Origin: an uncultured Acidimicrobiaceae bacterium
GTDB lineage: Bacteria; Actinomycetota; Acidimicrobiia; Acidimicrobiales; RAAP-2
Assembly: GCA_963755655.1 (NCBI GenBank)
Contig: CAVWKX010000002.1
Location: 44,837 to 108,836 of the forward strand
Length of the DNA: 64,000 nucleotides
Direction: 5' to 3'
The notes below the pieces were generated by a model, which worked only from the letters and a program-made list of their open reading frames with translations, made no database searches and was not told the DNA's origin. Below, one piece after another: positions 62,266 to 64,000 of this stretch (positions are counted from its first letter, which is position 1; every line of letters begins with the position of its first letter). Made by a program: the position numbers and the translations under genes.

Positions 62266-62911
62266 TCACGCCCGCGTGAAGCGCGGCGCCGCCTCACCGT
62301 GCAGGCGCCCCGGCGGCAGCAGGCGCCCGCAGGCGACGAGGGCCAAGGACCTGGGCCGACCCCCCACCACGGCACCGGTGCCCGACGACCACTTCAGGTC
62401 GTCCGCCCGTAGCGCCACGTCGCTGAGATCGACCCCGAACAGGTTCGGCCCATCGTCGGCTTCCACGAGCGCGAGGACCGTGCGGAGGCACGGCTCGGGC
62501 ACCCGCCGCGCCAAGCGGCACCGCCTCGGTGATGTCGAGCGCGTGGATCACGCAATGGGTCAGTGCGGCCTCGGCGCCACCACCCGGTGGCTCCCATCCG
62601 TGCAAGACCGGGGAGCGGAGGTCGGCGAGCAGGGTGCCGTCGGCAGCGCGCCGTCGCGTGCCGCAACGGCGTCGGACAGGCGCGTGAAGTCGCCGCCGGC
62701 GCGCCTCGAGCTCCGCCATGAAGGCCGGACCGTCGTAGCGCGCCGGCATGGTCACGTGGGCCACGACTTCGCGGGTGCGCCACTCCTCGCACAGCGACGG
62801 CGCGTCCCAGACGTCCGGCCCGGCGGCCTCCAACAGGTCGGCCAGCGCGCCGTACTCGTCGGCGATGGTCCGGCGTCGCAGTGCGTCTGCGGCGGCACCG
62901 GCGCCGCTCAT
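62266..62911 (-). pseudogene. mycothiol-dependent maleylpyruvate-isomerase-type (DinB/MDMPI N-terminal) protein, frameshifted
   Basis: PSLCEEWRTREVVAHV and LTHCVIHALDITEAVP blocks. The C-terminal part is in ORF 62266..62514. Confidence 0.55.
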
Positions 62912-63376
62912 CGCGGCGACCAGCCCGCCGAGATACGCAGCGAAGCGGTCGAGCGACGAGAGGAAGCCGGCCTGGGCCTCGCGTGCCAGGAACGCCTCGG
63001 GCACATAGGTCTGATGGATCCTCACTTCGGTGCGCTCGCGGGCCGAGCGCCACGAACTCGGCGCGCACCCGCATGCCCGAGTGCGACTCGGTCCACACCA
63101 GCAGCTCGGGCGCGCGCACCTCGTCGAAGACGGCCCGGGTCGGGTACTCGCTCCCGTCGGCGTCGTTGACCATCACGGTCTCGAACACGCCGCCGGGCCG
63201 GGCGTCGACCGTGATGCGGTCGCGCGGCGCGCTGCACGCCGGCGGGTCCCCAGAAATGGGAGAGATGGTCGGGGTCGGTCATGCAGCGCGAAGACGAGCT
63301 CGCGTGGCGCGTCGAAGACCCGGCTGAAGTGCAGCTCGCCCGCGTTGCCCGTCGCAGCCCCGCCGCGCTCAGCCAC
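62908..63376 (-). pseudogene. SRPBCC/AHSA1-like protein, about 3 frameshifts
   Basis: GTG 63376 overlaps the ArsR stop. Blocks FSRVFDAPRELVF, MTDPDHLSHFWGP, VDARPGGVFETVMVNDADGSEY and VRIHQTYVPE lie in three frames. The 3' boundary is approximate. Confidence 0.6.
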
Positions 63377-63734
63377 GGGCCCGCCCGCTGGGCGCTTCCG
63401 GCGCCGGCTGCAGGTCGGCCAGCAGCGCGTCGAGCTTGTCGAAGCGCTCGTCCCACACCCGCCGGTTCGTGGTGATCCAATCCAGCGCGCCGTCGAGCGC
63501 GCCGGCCTCGAGATGGCAGGGCCGGAACTGTGCGTCGCGCCGCCGCGAGATCAGGCCGCTGCGCTCCAGCACCTTGAGGTGCTTGGAGATCCCCGGCAGC
63601 GACATGGCGAAGGGGGCGGCCAGCTCGGTCACGGTGGCGTCGCCCCGGGCCAGCCGGCTCACGATGGCGCGCCGGGTGGGGTCCGCCAGCGCGGCGAAGG
63701 CCGCATCGAGCGGGTCGTCGGTCGTGGTCGTCAC
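63369..63734 (-). CDS. ArsR/SmtB family transcriptional regulator
   Basis: LADPTRRAIVSRLA...LPGISKHLKVLERSGLI. 121 aa, intact, GTG start. Confidence 0.9.
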   Translation of the reverse strand: MTTTTDDPLDAAFAALADPTRRAIVSRLARGDATVTELAAPFAMSLPGISKHLKVLERSGLISRRRDAQFRPCHLEAGALDGALDWITTNRRVWDERFDKLDALLADLQPAPEAPSGRARG

Positions 63735-63740
63735 GCGCGT

Positions 63741-63778
63741 TATTTAACCTTAGGGTTAGTTAGCTGTCAAGTTAAATA
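63741..63778. promoter_or_regulatory. AT-rich inverted repeat TATTTAAC-n22-GTTAAATA
   Basis: Perfect 8-bp arms in the divergent ArsR/FMN-reductase intergenic region. The spacer contains TTAG repeats. Confidence 0.45.
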
Positions 63779-63866
63779 CCGGGCCGGCTCTGCTACCGTG
63801 CGTCCTGGCGGGGAGCACCGTTCCGGCCGCCGGACCACCACCAACGGGATAGAAAGGCGCAACGGC

Positions 63867-64000
63867 GTGCTCTTGCAGGTCATCACCGGGACCACCCGGG
63901 AAGGTCGGTTCAGCGAGCGGGTGGCGGCCTGGGTCATGGGCCGGCTGGGGAGCACGACGCGTTCGACGTGGAGCTGGTGACCTGCGGGACCACCCGCTCC
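63867..64000 (+). pseudogene. NADPH-dependent FMN reductase-like, 3' truncated by the window and frameshifted
   Basis: GTG 63867 gives LLQVITGTTREGRFSERVAAWV, then HDAFDVELV and DLRDHPL lie in shifted frames. Confidence 0.45.

Overview
This is a 64-kb segment of a very GC-rich, Actinomycetota-like chromosome. It shows G/C-dominated third codon positions, many GTG/TTG starts, ATGA/GTGA/TTGA stop-start overlaps, and leaderless-type promoters. I recognised no rRNA, tRNA, CRISPR array, transposase or integrase. The layout is as follows. (1) 1-17.4 kb is an intact acyl-CoA / beta-oxidation-like catabolic cluster. It holds amidohydrolase-2 paralogs, an overlapping acyl-CoA dehydrogenase pair, an alpha/beta hydrolase, TetR regulators (one a tandem-domain form), a DUF35-thiolase-like fusion, methylmalonate-semialdehyde dehydrogenase, two enoyl-CoA hydratases and a LivHM(fused)-LivG-LivF ABC importer. 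(2) 17.4-25.6 kb holds DUF427 genes, a TesB-like thioesterase, an SDR, GH78 rhamnosidase, another amidohydrolase and GH1 beta-glucosidase. (3) 25.8-30.4 kb holds MarR, an acyl-CoA mutase large subunit, a ferredoxin, a Liv-type solute-binding protein and an esterase. (4) 30.5-36.5 kb holds GH2 glycosidase, galT, an IMPase-like gene, a GHMP sugar kinase and a GNAT. (5) 36.6-44.3 kb is an accessory patch with a long PIMT-like methyltransferase of the RiPP-associated type, DksA/TraR, DUF2786, Mug, RDD, two RibD_C reductases, DinB-like and APH. (6) 44.3-56.4 kb holds xylose and hexuronate genes: LacI, xylB, xylA, a Gfo/Idh/MocA oxidoreductase, a LarA-like gene, a mannitol-DH family gene, a second LacI, uidA, an AroK-like kinase and uxaC. 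(7) 56.6-64 kb holds an amidohydrolase paralog, a Thr/Ser-rich exported protein, an 845-aa membrane protein, CDO-rhodanese, MDMPI-SRPBCC-ArsR and a partial FMN reductase. The dominant oddity is several dozen apparent frameshifts in otherwise family-typical genes after ~15 kb, with none seen in the first 15 kb. I cannot tell from sequence alone whether this is genuine gene decay or consensus indel error. Recurrent operator-like motifs link distant genes. All product calls rest on motif recognition by eye; no database search was possible.
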